Below, piece after piece: positions 30,131-39,157 of a DNA stretch of 64,000 nucleotides. The translations under genes were made by a program, and so were the position numbers. Source of the stretch: Waddliaceae bacterium. Lineage in GTDB: Bacteria; Chlamydiota; Chlamydiia; Chlamydiales; GCA-2709385. The stretch spans positions 3,387 through 67,386 of the forward strand of contig PAQS01000021.1 of NCBI GenBank assembly GCA_002709385.1. Direction: 5' to 3'. Position 1 is the first letter of the stretch. Each line of letters opens with the position of its first letter. The notes below the pieces were generated by a model. The model did no database searches. It saw only the letters and a list, made by a program, of their open reading frames with translations, and was not told where the DNA came from.

Positions 30131-32158
30131 ATGCTGGATAAAGATGGAATTCCCCGTCTCCGTATGGTTTTTGAAAAAGATGAAACTCATCCTAGTAGTA
30201 TTCACTACGAAGAAATTATCCATGGGAGTTTGAAGCGAGTTTATCCTCATGGTCTTTTTGGTGAAGCTGCCCCGGCAGATGGTGCGGACCCTGAAGAGTT
30301 GTTTGAGTATTATCAGCAGTACTTAGAGACTTTGCCTTATTTTTGTCGTTGTTTTTCTGAAAGAGATGAGTTTGAGCAATCGTTTTATTTAGTCTCTCCT
30401 TTGCGTTCTAATGCGTTTAAGTTTTTTTATGAAATGCTAAGTCGCTGGTTGGTTCCAGGAAAGCTTTTGGAAGTTGTTCTTCTTTATGCAGTTGATTTTC
30501 AAATGCCTGACTTTAGCGAGCAAATTTTCACGATGTGTGAGCTTGTTATTAGAGTTCAAGACCCGCAGGAAAAAGCTATTTTAGAGGGAAATCTTCCTTC
30601 TATTGGAACAGAGATTTGTTTGGGGGTAAGTTCAGCTTTTCACGCACAGCGTATTCTTGAGATTAAGGGCTTATCTTCAGATGAAAAGACGGCGATGATT
30701 CAAGAGCATGCTGCTTATGTTTTAAGAAGACGTCCAAAAGAATTTGGTTATGATCTTTTTACTGAAATGCAGCACGTTTTGGTGATGTGTCGTGATGAAT
30801 TTAAGGTGGCTCGTGAATCCCAGCATATCAGCCGTGTCATTTGCACAATGTACCTCTTCCGAAAATCTCTTAGAAAGTTAATCAGAAAACATCCAGATAA
30901 GCGCCATCTTACTTTGAAGATTCATAGAGCTCGTTGTATGGATCAAGATGGTGAGAGAAGTGTATTAGGTTTAACGGTAGGGGTGAATTTTTTAAGAGAA
31001 AATGAGCTGCTTCAAGAGCGTCATTTGATGAAGGCTATTCAAAACTATGTTCCTGGTGTGAGATCTGTAGATGGTTCATTTTTTGAAAATGGTGGGCGAG
31101 GAGAAAAGATCAGTACTCTGTATGTGGAGATTGAAAAAATCGATGGCGCAGAGTTTACTCAGGCTGAGTTAAGAAGGCTTCAGGGGCAGCTTCCGAGTGA
31201 TTTGAAAGATCGTATTGAGCACTTGATGCACCCTGTATTTATGCCAAGAAATGAAGAAGAAATTTTAAGAAATATTCTTACTTTAAGTCAGCAAATCAAA
31301 TATGTTCGTGATATTCCTCAGGTCATTATTACTTTTGATGAACAGACAGATAGTCATTTACAGTTTACGGTTATTTTAGTTCGGGTTCTTCTTCCTGGAG
31401 TACGCTCCATTCGCGAGCTATTTTTGCAGTCTAGCTCATCTCTTCAATATGTTCATGATCAGTGCAAAAGAGTAGGAATGACTCGTCGCAAGTATTTTAA
31501 AGAAGCTACGGTCTTTCGTGTGCGTTTAGCTAAGCCGCAGTTTCTTCGTCGTGATCATTCTGTTGATTTGACTAAAGCACGACAGTTTGTGTGTTCTGAG
31601 TTATCGGAGGTTGTGGGAGAGTTTAGGGATTACAATGGAGGAATGATTTCTAAGCAAAATGAATTGCTTTGTTCACTTCGAGATAGTTTGGGAGAGGTGG
31701 GGAAAAATAATGAGTTCTTGCTGGAAAACTTTTTTTACTCTTTGCAGCCGGTGGTTATGAGGACGGTGTTAGAACCTGTGCCTCTCCGTACTTTGTTTAT
31801 GATGCTGGTTGATATTCTGGAAGAGCGCTTTTTTAGGTCGGATGCTCTCACTTATAAGGTGAAGGAAGAGCCTAATTACCTATTTATTATGCTTGCTAGT
31901 GAAGATGGGGGAATACGGGATTCTTTGCAAAAAGCGATTGCTCCGATGAATATTCCCAGTCTAGAGTTAGCGTCTATCTCGGTAAATGTTTCGGAAACTC
32001 CGTTTGTGGGATATTTGTATCGTTCGGAAGATCAGGAGCAGAAATTACGTTTTAGAAAAGCCATTGAGCGTGTTTTATTTCCTTCGTCTGAGAAAAGCAG
32101 CCCCCAAAAGGAGGCTGCAGATCTTTCTAAATTACTGAGTAGTAGTTTAGTAAGCTGA
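30131..32158 (+). CDS. Hypothetical protein (675 aa)
   Basis: Long ORF with a complex sequence (FMPRNEEEILRNI, GEFRDYNGG); function not recognised. Confidence 0.8.
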   Translation: MLDKDGIPRLRMVFEKDETHPSSIHYEEIIHGSLKRVYPHGLFGEAAPADGADPEELFEYYQQYLETLPYFCRCFSERDEFEQSFYLVSPLRSNAFKFFYEMLSRWLVPGKLLEVVLLYAVDFQMPDFSEQIFTMCELVIRVQDPQEKAILEGNLPSIGTEICLGVSSAFHAQRILEIKGLSSDEKTAMIQEHAAYVLRRRPKEFGYDLFTEMQHVLVMCRDEFKVARESQHISRVICTMYLFRKSLRKLIRKHPDKRHLTLKIHRARCMDQDGERSVLGLTVGVNFLRENELLQERHLMKAIQNYVPGVRSVDGSFFENGGRGEKISTLYVEIEKIDGAEFTQAELRRLQGQLPSDLKDRIEHLMHPVFMPRNEEEILRNILTLSQQIKYVRDIPQVIITFDEQTDSHLQFTVILVRVLLPGVRSIRELFLQSSSSLQYVHDQCKRVGMTRRKYFKEATVFRVRLAKPQFLRRDHSVDLTKARQFVCSELSEVVGEFRDYNGGMISKQNELLCSLRDSLGEVGKNNEFLLENFFYSLQPVVMRTVLEPVPLRTLFMMLVDILEERFFRSDALTYKVKEEPNYLFIMLASEDGGIRDSLQKAIAPMNIPSLELASISVNVSETPFVGYLYRSEDQEQKLRFRKAIERVLFPSSEKSSPQKEAADLSKLLSSSLVS

Positions 32159-33302
32159 TGGCAAAACACAAGTAAACGGGTGTTTTGATGATTGTCCATC
32201 CCCACATTTTATGAGCAAAATTTAAAAAGCTCATAACGATGAGGCCAGGGTAGCAAATACTTACTATAGGAACGATGATTGTTGCGATACCTCCGAAATC
32301 TAGGGTTGAAATAGCCCAAGATACAGAGATGGTCACTAGCAAAGAGGTAAAGTATGTGATCTTTTCTTTGCATACAGTGATTCGCAAAAAATCTGCAAAT
32401 ACAGCCGTTAAGGCAATTGCTGTTGTTAAGCAAGCAAGAGCTACAGCAATGCTTGCTACGATTCCTCCATAAGGACCTAATATTTGACGGCCTATTACAC
32501 CTAATAACTCTTCTTGAGGAGTGTTTGTGATGTCTTCTGCATAAAAAGCTGCAATAAAACTAAATCCAGCATATACAGCAGCAAGCAGGGTAGCACCAAT
32601 AGCACTAGAGCGTAATAATAATCCCATGGAGTCAGATCCTTGAGCATCTCCTTTATCCAAGTGTGCTTTAATTCCTAGTAATACAACTGAGGAGAAGAAT
32701 AAAGCGCCCGGAAGGTCCATTGTATTGTAGCCTTCTTTAAGTCCTAGTAAGAACGAATCTCCAAAAGACAAATCGCTTAGTAAGTTAATATCATCTGCCC
32801 AGTAACATCCTAATACAATGATTAAGGAAAGGCTAAATAGTAAAACAGGAGTCAAAAACTTACCAATTAAGTCTACAATTGAACTCTCTTTGATTGTGCA
32901 TGCAAAGATGATCACACATGAGAGGATACTAAACACAGGTAAAGAGATGATCTCTGGAAGGTAACACTTAATTGTTGAGTATGAAAGAGTAAGGGTGCGT
33001 GGTATTGCACCAAATGGACCAATCAAACTCATGATCAATATAATAAGAATTAAACCAGGAAAGCGCCCTACTCTACAAAAAAACTTTTCGTAATTTCCGT
33101 CAAAAAGAGACATAGCAATCAGGCCAATAAAAGGAATAAAGACGCCAGTGATGACCAAACCTAGAACAGCATAAACATTTTGGTCGCGAGCAATTTGCCC
33201 GATAGCTAAAGGAAATACTACGTTACCAGCTCCAAAAAACATGGAAAACATGGCAAACCCTATAGAAAGGGATAAAAAATTTTTTGATGTAGATGCAGAC
33301 AT
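32127..33302 (-). CDS. brnQ: Branched-chain amino acid:cation symporter (LIVCS family)
   Basis: FSMFFGAGNVVFP, IGPFGAIPRT, IGKFLTP, EGYNTMD, LACLTTA. Confidence 0.95.
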   Translation of the reverse strand: MSASTSKNFLSLSIGFAMFSMFFGAGNVVFPLAIGQIARDQNVYAVLGLVITGVFIPFIGLIAMSLFDGNYEKFFCRVGRFPGLILIILIMSLIGPFGAIPRTLTLSYSTIKCYLPEIISLPVFSILSCVIIFACTIKESSIVDLIGKFLTPVLLFSLSLIIVLGCYWADDINLLSDLSFGDSFLLGLKEGYNTMDLPGALFFSSVVLLGIKAHLDKGDAQGSDSMGLLLRSSAIGATLLAAVYAGFSFIAAFYAEDITNTPQEELLGVIGRQILGPYGGIVASIAVALACLTTAIALTAVFADFLRITVCKEKITYFTSLLVTISVSWAISTLDFGGIATIIVPIVSICYPGLIVMSFLNFAHKMWGWTIIKTPVYLCFAISLLNYYSVI

Positions 33303-33364
33303 GCTACTTCTCTCGTTTTGTTGGTAATTTTAAGTAAAATGTAAAATAAAAATGTAGTAATTAA

Positions 33365-33472
33365 TTACAGGCTGACGACTTGAATGACGACGCTGCTAAT
33401 CACTGCGAGAATGAAAGGTATGAAAAGAATAGGTAGTGCTGAGCTTCTTAAAAAATCAGTATCTTTACACAT
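33365..33472 (-). CDS. Putative brnQ leader peptide (35 aa, Ile/Leu/Val-rich)
   Basis: ATG at 33472 preceded by AAGGAGG; MCKDTDFLRSSALPILFIPFILAVISSVVIQVVSL*; 15 of 35 codons are I/L/V. Not in the ORF track. Confidence 0.75.
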   Translation of the reverse strand: MCKDTDFLRSSALPILFIPFILAVISSVVIQVVSL

Positions 33473-33538
33473 AAAATTCCTCCTTGCTTAAAAGCAAGGC
33501 GCAAGCGTAAAACTTGCTGGTTTGGACAATTCATGGGG

Positions 33539-33567
33539 ATTATAACAGCTCTTCATCTCTCCGTAAA
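33539..33567 (-). promoter_or_regulatory. Promoter for the leader peptide-brnQ transcript
   Basis: TTTACG (33567-33562)-N17-TATAAT (33544-33539) with a TG extension. Confidence 0.7.
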
Positions 33568-33701
33568 GCCTTTCTTTGTGCTTTTTATGTTTTAAAAGGT
33601 ACAAAGTGTAAAAATAAATTCAAAAAGACAAGTAAAAGATTGTAATAATTTGTTTTTTTTGTTTATTATATTTGTTTGAATTAAAACAAAAGAGATTAAT
33701 T

Positions 33702-34544
33702 ATGGCTTTGGATTTAAGTGTTAGTAATAAATCAGATCATGTTTCTTTAGATAAGCCAGTAGAGGGTGGTTCTTCTTGGGCAAGATGGGTCAGTCGTTCT
33801 GGAGCTTCTATGGGGATGGGGGCTGTTTTAAGTCGTTATGCACCTGGAAGATTAATAGAAGATCTTGTAAACGGTTACGAGTTAAGTAAGCCTTATCTTT
33901 CATATTTAGCTGATTATTTGCCGAGTGCTCCGCAGCTAGTTATTGGATCTTTATCTGGAATCACGGCGTTTGATGGATCTCGTCGCATATTACGTGCATA
34001 TTCATCATTTCGCCCTAAAGATGTAGAAGAGCGCACGAATGCTGAGATGATTTCCATCATCATGAGTGATGATAAAAGCAATAATCGTCCTTTGAAGATT
34101 TTTTTAACTCCGGATTGGGCCATTGATTTAGGAGAGCCTGACTTTAAGCGAGCTTCTAAGGATCTTCTTATTGGTTCAGTAGAGTTTGCTTTAGGAACAG
34201 CTGTTATGTACGAAGAGATTAACGCAACAGCTCGTGATGGTGGGGTTGCTTTAATTGATCAGTTAAATAATGGTCTTACCGATCTTGGTGGCTATGTGTT
34301 GAATCATTTGAATGAACCATTGATTTGTGGTGCTGGTGTTACTTTGGGAACTGTACTGGTTCTAGGTGGAGCTAAACATTTTTATGATCAATTTATGTCA
34401 GATCATCCTGTGTGGGTGAACCGAAATGGTCAAAATGAAATTCATGCTTATCAGTATACGGCGAAACTTCGAGATTTGCTAATTAGTAGTGCGTCTATTG
34501 GTACAGGTCTTGTTTTAGGAGCATGGTCTTTAGGTTATTTATAG
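33702..34544 (+). CDS. Hypothetical membrane protein, Inc-like candidate with an internal duplication
   Basis: Several Gly/Ala-rich hydrophobic segments; KDLLIGSVEFALG vs RDLLISSASIGTG. Confidence 0.7.
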   Translation: MALDLSVSNKSDHVSLDKPVEGGSSWARWVSRSGASMGMGAVLSRYAPGRLIEDLVNGYELSKPYLSYLADYLPSAPQLVIGSLSGITAFDGSRRILRAYSSFRPKDVEERTNAEMISIIMSDDKSNNRPLKIFLTPDWAIDLGEPDFKRASKDLLIGSVEFALGTAVMYEEINATARDGGVALIDQLNNGLTDLGGYVLNHLNEPLICGAGVTLGTVLVLGGAKHFYDQFMSDHPVWVNRNGQNEIHAYQYTAKLRDLLISSASIGTGLVLGAWSLGYL

Positions 34545-34641
34545 TTTTTAATTTCTTTTTCTGTGTATTTTTTAGTTTAAAATCTGATCTGTTTTAGGTC
34601 TGTATCAGAAGACAAAAGCTAGCTAATACACGGGAGATGAA

Positions 34642-35631
34642 ATGAGCAAAATAGCATTAGTAACGGGTGGTGCAGGATTTATTGGTAGCCATCTAGTTGA
34701 GGCTTTATTGGAGCAGGGAATAAGTGTACGTGTTCTTGATGATTTAGCTGGTGGAAAAAAAGAACACTTAAAAAGTGCTCTTCAATCGTCTCTTTGTACT
34801 TTTCATCAAGTAGATATTAGTAATTATTCTGTTCTCGCTCCGCACTTTACTGATGTTGATTGGGTTTTCCATTTAGCAGCTTTGGCTGATATCGTTCCTT
34901 CTATTCAAAACCCTCTACGTTATTGCCAAGCTAATGTACAAGGTACAAGCTCTGTCGTTGAGGCAGCCCGTCAGGCAGGCGTAAAGAGGTTCGTTTATAC
35001 AGCGTCTTCTTCTTGTTATGGCCTTGCAACCATACTTCCCACTCCAGAATCAGCTTCGATTCATCCGATGTATCCTTACGCTTTTAGTAAGTATCAGGGA
35101 GAGCAGATTGTGATGCATTGGAATCAGGTTTACGGTTTGCCTGCGGTATCTCTTCGTTTATTTAATGTATATGGTCCAAGGGCGCGAACTTCTGGTAATT
35201 ATGGAGCTGTTTTTGGTGTTTTCTTGCGCCAATTATTAGAAGGCAAGCCATTAACTGTTGTGGGGGATGGTAAGCAAACTCGGGATTTTACTTTTGTAAG
35301 TGATGTAGTGAATGCATTGATTTTAGCTGCACAGTCAGATTTAGATGGGGAAATCATGAATGTAGGTTCAGGTGGAACGTATTCTGTAAATGAGCTTGTA
35401 GATTTGTTAGGAGCAGATAGCATATCTATTCCTAAACGACCAGGAGAGCCCGATTGTACTTTTGCTGATACCACTCGTATACGACAGCTTCTAGGATGGA
35501 AACCTAAAGTGAGTTTTTCAGAAGGGGTGAGTATCATGAAAAATTGTATAGAAGATTGGCGTGAAGCTCCTTTATGGGATGTCGATTCTATTGCTAAGGC
35601 AACTGAAGATTGGTTTTCGTATTTAAGCTAA
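34642..35631 (+). CDS. NAD-dependent epimerase/dehydratase (extended SDR)
   Basis: TGGAGFIGSH, YAFSK (YxxxK), FNVYGPR, GDGKQTRDF. Confidence 0.93.
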   Translation: MSKIALVTGGAGFIGSHLVEALLEQGISVRVLDDLAGGKKEHLKSALQSSLCTFHQVDISNYSVLAPHFTDVDWVFHLAALADIVPSIQNPLRYCQANVQGTSSVVEAARQAGVKRFVYTASSSCYGLATILPTPESASIHPMYPYAFSKYQGEQIVMHWNQVYGLPAVSLRLFNVYGPRARTSGNYGAVFGVFLRQLLEGKPLTVVGDGKQTRDFTFVSDVVNALILAAQSDLDGEIMNVGSGGTYSVNELVDLLGADSISIPKRPGEPDCTFADTTRIRQLLGWKPKVSFSEGVSIMKNCIEDWREAPLWDVDSIAKATEDWFSYLS

Positions 35632-36082
35632 TTTGGTGAAGCTCTAGAGCTATGCCTTCTAGATAGATTAAGGTACTACCGATTAACTGATTGATTAAGT
35701 CTTCAGATACGGTCCCATTTGCCCATGGGAAACTGATTCTAAAAAGAATAGAAGAAGATTGAGTATCTAGAGATAAACTAATAGAAGGGTGGATCAAGTT
35801 ATAAGCGTTAATCATTGTGAGTATACTTTGTAAGTCTTGAGAATGGTGCTTAAAAGGGAGTTGATGAGTGAGCTCAAAAGCGTGATATTGCAAGTCTGGT
35901 TTGGATTGAGGGTTTGGTCGAGTTGCGGTAATCTTAACTTTTTGAGAAATAGTTTGTTGTGTTTTTGAGGCGAGGTTTAGCCATAGTATAGCTTCTTTCG
36001 AAGGTGGGGTAGGTTCTTCCCATTTACAAGACCAGCCGAGTGTTTTAATTTTCTGCTCTATCGCTCGTAATAAAATACTCAT
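35594..36082 (-). CDS. Small protein, YbjN/T3S chaperone-like fold candidate
   Basis: Start MSILLRAIEQ overlaps the upstream stop (ATGA); beta-rich pattern ending ILTMINAYN...ILFRISF. Confidence 0.55.
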   Translation of the reverse strand: MSILLRAIEQKIKTLGWSCKWEEPTPPSKEAILWLNLASKTQQTISQKVKITATRPNPQSKPDLQYHAFELTHQLPFKHHSQDLQSILTMINAYNLIHPSISLSLDTQSSSILFRISFPWANGTVSEDLINQLIGSTLIYLEGIALELHQISLNTKTNLQLP

Positions 36083-38232
36083 GAGATTACGTGAATGCCT
36101 CCTAACCATTTCATGACGTTGCCTACTGTAAGTTTTGTAGGGTCATCAAGGTTCATTTCTTGTATTAGTGCAGTCTGTGTACTTTGCGCTTTCAAATGTT
36201 GTTGTATCTTTCTTGATACGGTAAGGACCTTAGAAGGGCTTAACCCTAAGTTCTGTCCTAGTATAGCTAATACTTTTTTTGTTTCTTGTTCTCGAGTAAA
36301 AGTTTGTACTTTTTCTCGAAATTGAGCACTTCTATTTTGATAAGACATGTGTAAGCGAGAGCTAGCTGTTTCTGGGGAAAGGCCTGTTTTATTTGTGTAA
36401 TTTTCTTCTTCTTCTACGGCACTTTTTAAATTGGTAATTTCTCTTCTTAATGAATCAATTTTTTGGCTTTTTTCTTTGATCAGAGGGTGAGTGTTTGCGT
36501 AGACTTGTTCGAGCTCGTTTTTTATAGATGCCATCTTTTGTGTTTTCAATTCACTAGGAATATCGGACCTATCTTCTATTTTATAGAGCTCTTGATGAAT
36601 TTTATTGGTAAGTGTGACTTTTTCTTGATTAAAGTCATTTTCTAATTTATGGACTTGCTGATTTAGTAAATCAAGTTTCTTTTGGCTGGGAGCTGTTTGA
36701 TACTCCTTTTTTACTTGCTCTATTTTATCAATAGCGGCTTGGCTTACACGATTAGCTTCTTCTCTAATCTTTTCAATTTGGCTATCTAAGGTTTTTATAT
36801 GAGGCTCTAAATGAGTATCTTTTTTTGCCAATTTTGCGAGTTTTTCACGAGAGTCAAGTTTAACAAAAGCTTTGCTGTTGAGAGTATTTAGCTTATCTGC
36901 CATTTCTTGATAGATCTCTGTTTCTTTTTCTATTAGAGTCTTTAAACGTTTTTTGTCTTCAAAATTTCTAGCTCTGCTTAGTAATCCTTCTGGAAGTTCC
37001 GCTACTTTTTGTGTAACTTGAGCTCCTGTTTGACTTAAACTGTATAATGTTTCGTATCGAGAACGATAGCTTCCATAGGCTGTAGAAGTTAAAAAGCTTG
37101 TCGCGCTATGAGCTCCTACAAGCAGCCTAAGGGCTGGATAAGTAGGGAGGAAAAATGTACTTGAGGTAAGGAGTCGTCCTACTTGGTTAGCAAGATCTTG
37201 CCTAGCCATTTCACGGTCAACGTAAGCATTGAGTACTCTAGTATTATAGCTATTAGCTTTTCTTTCTAAGCAGTATCTCAGGCCTGTATCGATCTTTTCG
37301 TTAGATTCTAGGCGCTCATGGAGCGATTTTTGTTCGGAAGATAGTGTTTCGACTTTATCCGATGATTCTTGAAGTTTTTCCCTAGCTTCATTTATTTTGA
37401 AACAGATGAGAGGTAAATTTAATAAAGGTAAATTATTTAGCAGCTCTTTACCTGCCCATTGTCCAATTTTAATTAGGCGTTCTTTAACAAGTGCTGATGC
37501 ATCGTGGTGTTTTTCTCGGGCGTAAGCTAAAGTTTTAGAAAGTTCTTCTCGTTCAGGTGAGGTTTTTTCCAACCCTTGTTCAGCAAGCTCTTGATCTCTT
37601 TCCTCTAGCTTTTTTACAACATTTTTTAGAGAACGTTCTACATGAATCATACAAGCGCTAAGAGCGACTTGAGTTCCTCCGTAAGCCAAGGAAGCAGCTT
37701 TTCCGTTTCCTACTCCTAAATCGCAAAGAAGATCATCAGCTCCTTTTATCACGTTTACAGCTGTATTTATATTATTTGTTTTGGAAGATAAACTTACTAA
37801 GCTAATGGCTTTATCAAGAATACTGTCGTGATCGACATCTCTTAAAAGTCCAAGAACTAAGTCAGCATCCCCTCCTTCGTTTAAATTTAGTTGAGCTGTT
37901 AAGTCTTGTTCAAGAGAATGCTCTACAATTTCAAGAAGCTCTTCAGGGGTACTTTCAGAAGATAAAGAGGTAAAGTCCTCGATTAATGAGCTGGCTTCTT
38001 CGTGAGGTTCCAAGGTGTTAGGTGAGACAAGCTGCTGTAGTTGTTCTGAGCTCAACTCTGTTAGAGAGTCAAGAACTTGGTCTGTATCCAAAGCAGTCAC
38101 GTCAATATCTATATCAGAATCATTTGAAATAGAATGATTTGCTTCTTCAGGAATGATTTGTGGATTGTCATTTTGATTGAATAAAGATGGATCAATGGGG
38201 GTCCCACTGTTACTTGGATCAATACTAGACAT
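36079..38232 (-). CDS. Coiled-coil hypothetical protein, candidate T3S substrate
   Basis: MSSIDPSNSGTP acidic/disordered N-terminus, moderately hydrophobic central segments, long heptad regions. Confidence 0.75.
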   Translation of the reverse strand: MSSIDPSNSGTPIDPSLFNQNDNPQIIPEEANHSISNDSDIDIDVTALDTDQVLDSLTELSSEQLQQLVSPNTLEPHEEASSLIEDFTSLSSESTPEELLEIVEHSLEQDLTAQLNLNEGGDADLVLGLLRDVDHDSILDKAISLVSLSSKTNNINTAVNVIKGADDLLCDLGVGNGKAASLAYGGTQVALSACMIHVERSLKNVVKKLEERDQELAEQGLEKTSPEREELSKTLAYAREKHHDASALVKERLIKIGQWAGKELLNNLPLLNLPLICFKINEAREKLQESSDKVETLSSEQKSLHERLESNEKIDTGLRYCLERKANSYNTRVLNAYVDREMARQDLANQVGRLLTSSTFFLPTYPALRLLVGAHSATSFLTSTAYGSYRSRYETLYSLSQTGAQVTQKVAELPEGLLSRARNFEDKKRLKTLIEKETEIYQEMADKLNTLNSKAFVKLDSREKLAKLAKKDTHLEPHIKTLDSQIEKIREEANRVSQAAIDKIEQVKKEYQTAPSQKKLDLLNQQVHKLENDFNQEKVTLTNKIHQELYKIEDRSDIPSELKTQKMASIKNELEQVYANTHPLIKEKSQKIDSLRREITNLKSAVEEEENYTNKTGLSPETASSRLHMSYQNRSAQFREKVQTFTREQETKKVLAILGQNLGLSPSKVLTVSRKIQQHLKAQSTQTALIQEMNLDDPTKLTVGNVMKWLGGIHVIS

Positions 38233-38383
38233 AACTCAACATCGTTTATTTATTAAAAATAAAAAGAAATAAAGTGTTGAGTTTTTGTTTAAGTGAAGTG
38301 TTATTTTGTTTAATTATACTAAGTTTTTATTTTAAAACAAACACCGTCAAAAACCTTTTGTTTTTAGTTGTTTGCTGGTTTTT

Positions 38384-39157
38384 TTATGGAGAGGGAATTT
38401 TGGGGACGGCATTTAATAATGTTTTTGTGTAAGGATGCTGTGTTTTAGAAAAGATATCGTTTGTGTTATTTATTTCTACGATTTTTCCTTGATACATGAC
38501 AGCGATACGATGAGAGATGTGACGAACCATAGCAATATCATGAGCGATAAAGAGGTAGCTTAGTCCCATTTCTTCTTGTAAGTCTTTTAATAAGTTAACG
38601 ATTTGTGCTTGCACGGATACATCAAGAGCAGATATTGCTTCGTCGCATATCAAGAATTGTGGTTCAACGGCAAGAGCTCTAGCTATACCGATTCTTTGCC
38701 TTTGTCCCCCGCTAAATTCGTGAGGAAAGCGATTTATATGTTCTTCTTGGAGTCCTACTTTTTCTAATAGTTCAATCACTCTGTTTGTTCTTTTTAATCC
38801 CTTTGCTATTTGATGGATATCCAAAGCTTCGCCGATGATATCAAGAACTGTCATACGAGGATTGAGAGAAGAGTAAGGATCTTGAAAGATCATTTGCATT
38901 TTTTGCCGAAACGGAAGGAGTTCTTTTTGGGTTAAATTACTGATATCTACTCCATTAAATAGAATTTTTCCTTCATAGGGACGGTATAGGCGGGCTAGGG
39001 TTCGAGCTAATGTAGATTTGCCACAGCCACTTTCTCCCACTAATCCTAAAGTTTCATTTGGAAAAATCTCTAGGCTAAGGTCATCTACGGCTTTTAGGGT
39101 TTTTCCACCAAGGTGAAAGTACTGCTTCAGATTTTGCACTTGTATGAGAGGTTTCAT
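38384..39157 (-). CDS. oppF: Oligopeptide ABC transporter ATPase
   Basis: GESGCGKST, FSGGQRQR; start MKPLIQV overlaps the oppD stop. Confidence 0.9.
   Translation of the reverse strand: MKPLIQVQNLKQYFHLGGKTLKAVDDLSLEIFPNETLGLVGESGCGKSTLARTLARLYRPYEGKILFNGVDISNLTQKELLPFRQKMQMIFQDPYSSLNPRMTVLDIIGEALDIHQIAKGLKRTNRVIELLEKVGLQEEHINRFPHEFSGGQRQRIGIARALAVEPQFLICDEAISALDVSVQAQIVNLLKDLQEEMGLSYLFIAHDIAMVRHISHRIAVMYQGKIVEINNTNDIFSKTQHPYTKTLLNAVPKIPSP

Noticed and set aside
30028..30141. Short ORF overlapping the lysC stop, or a frameshifted 5' end of the 675-aa gene
   Set aside because: No compositional bias or clear RBS; the 675-aa gene has its own ATG and RBS-like GAAGG, so no frameshift is needed.
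33303..33540. T-box riboswitch or intrinsic-terminator attenuator upstream of brnQ
   Set aside because: No T-box GGTGGNACC motif, and no GC-rich stem plus U-tract between the leader ORF and brnQ.
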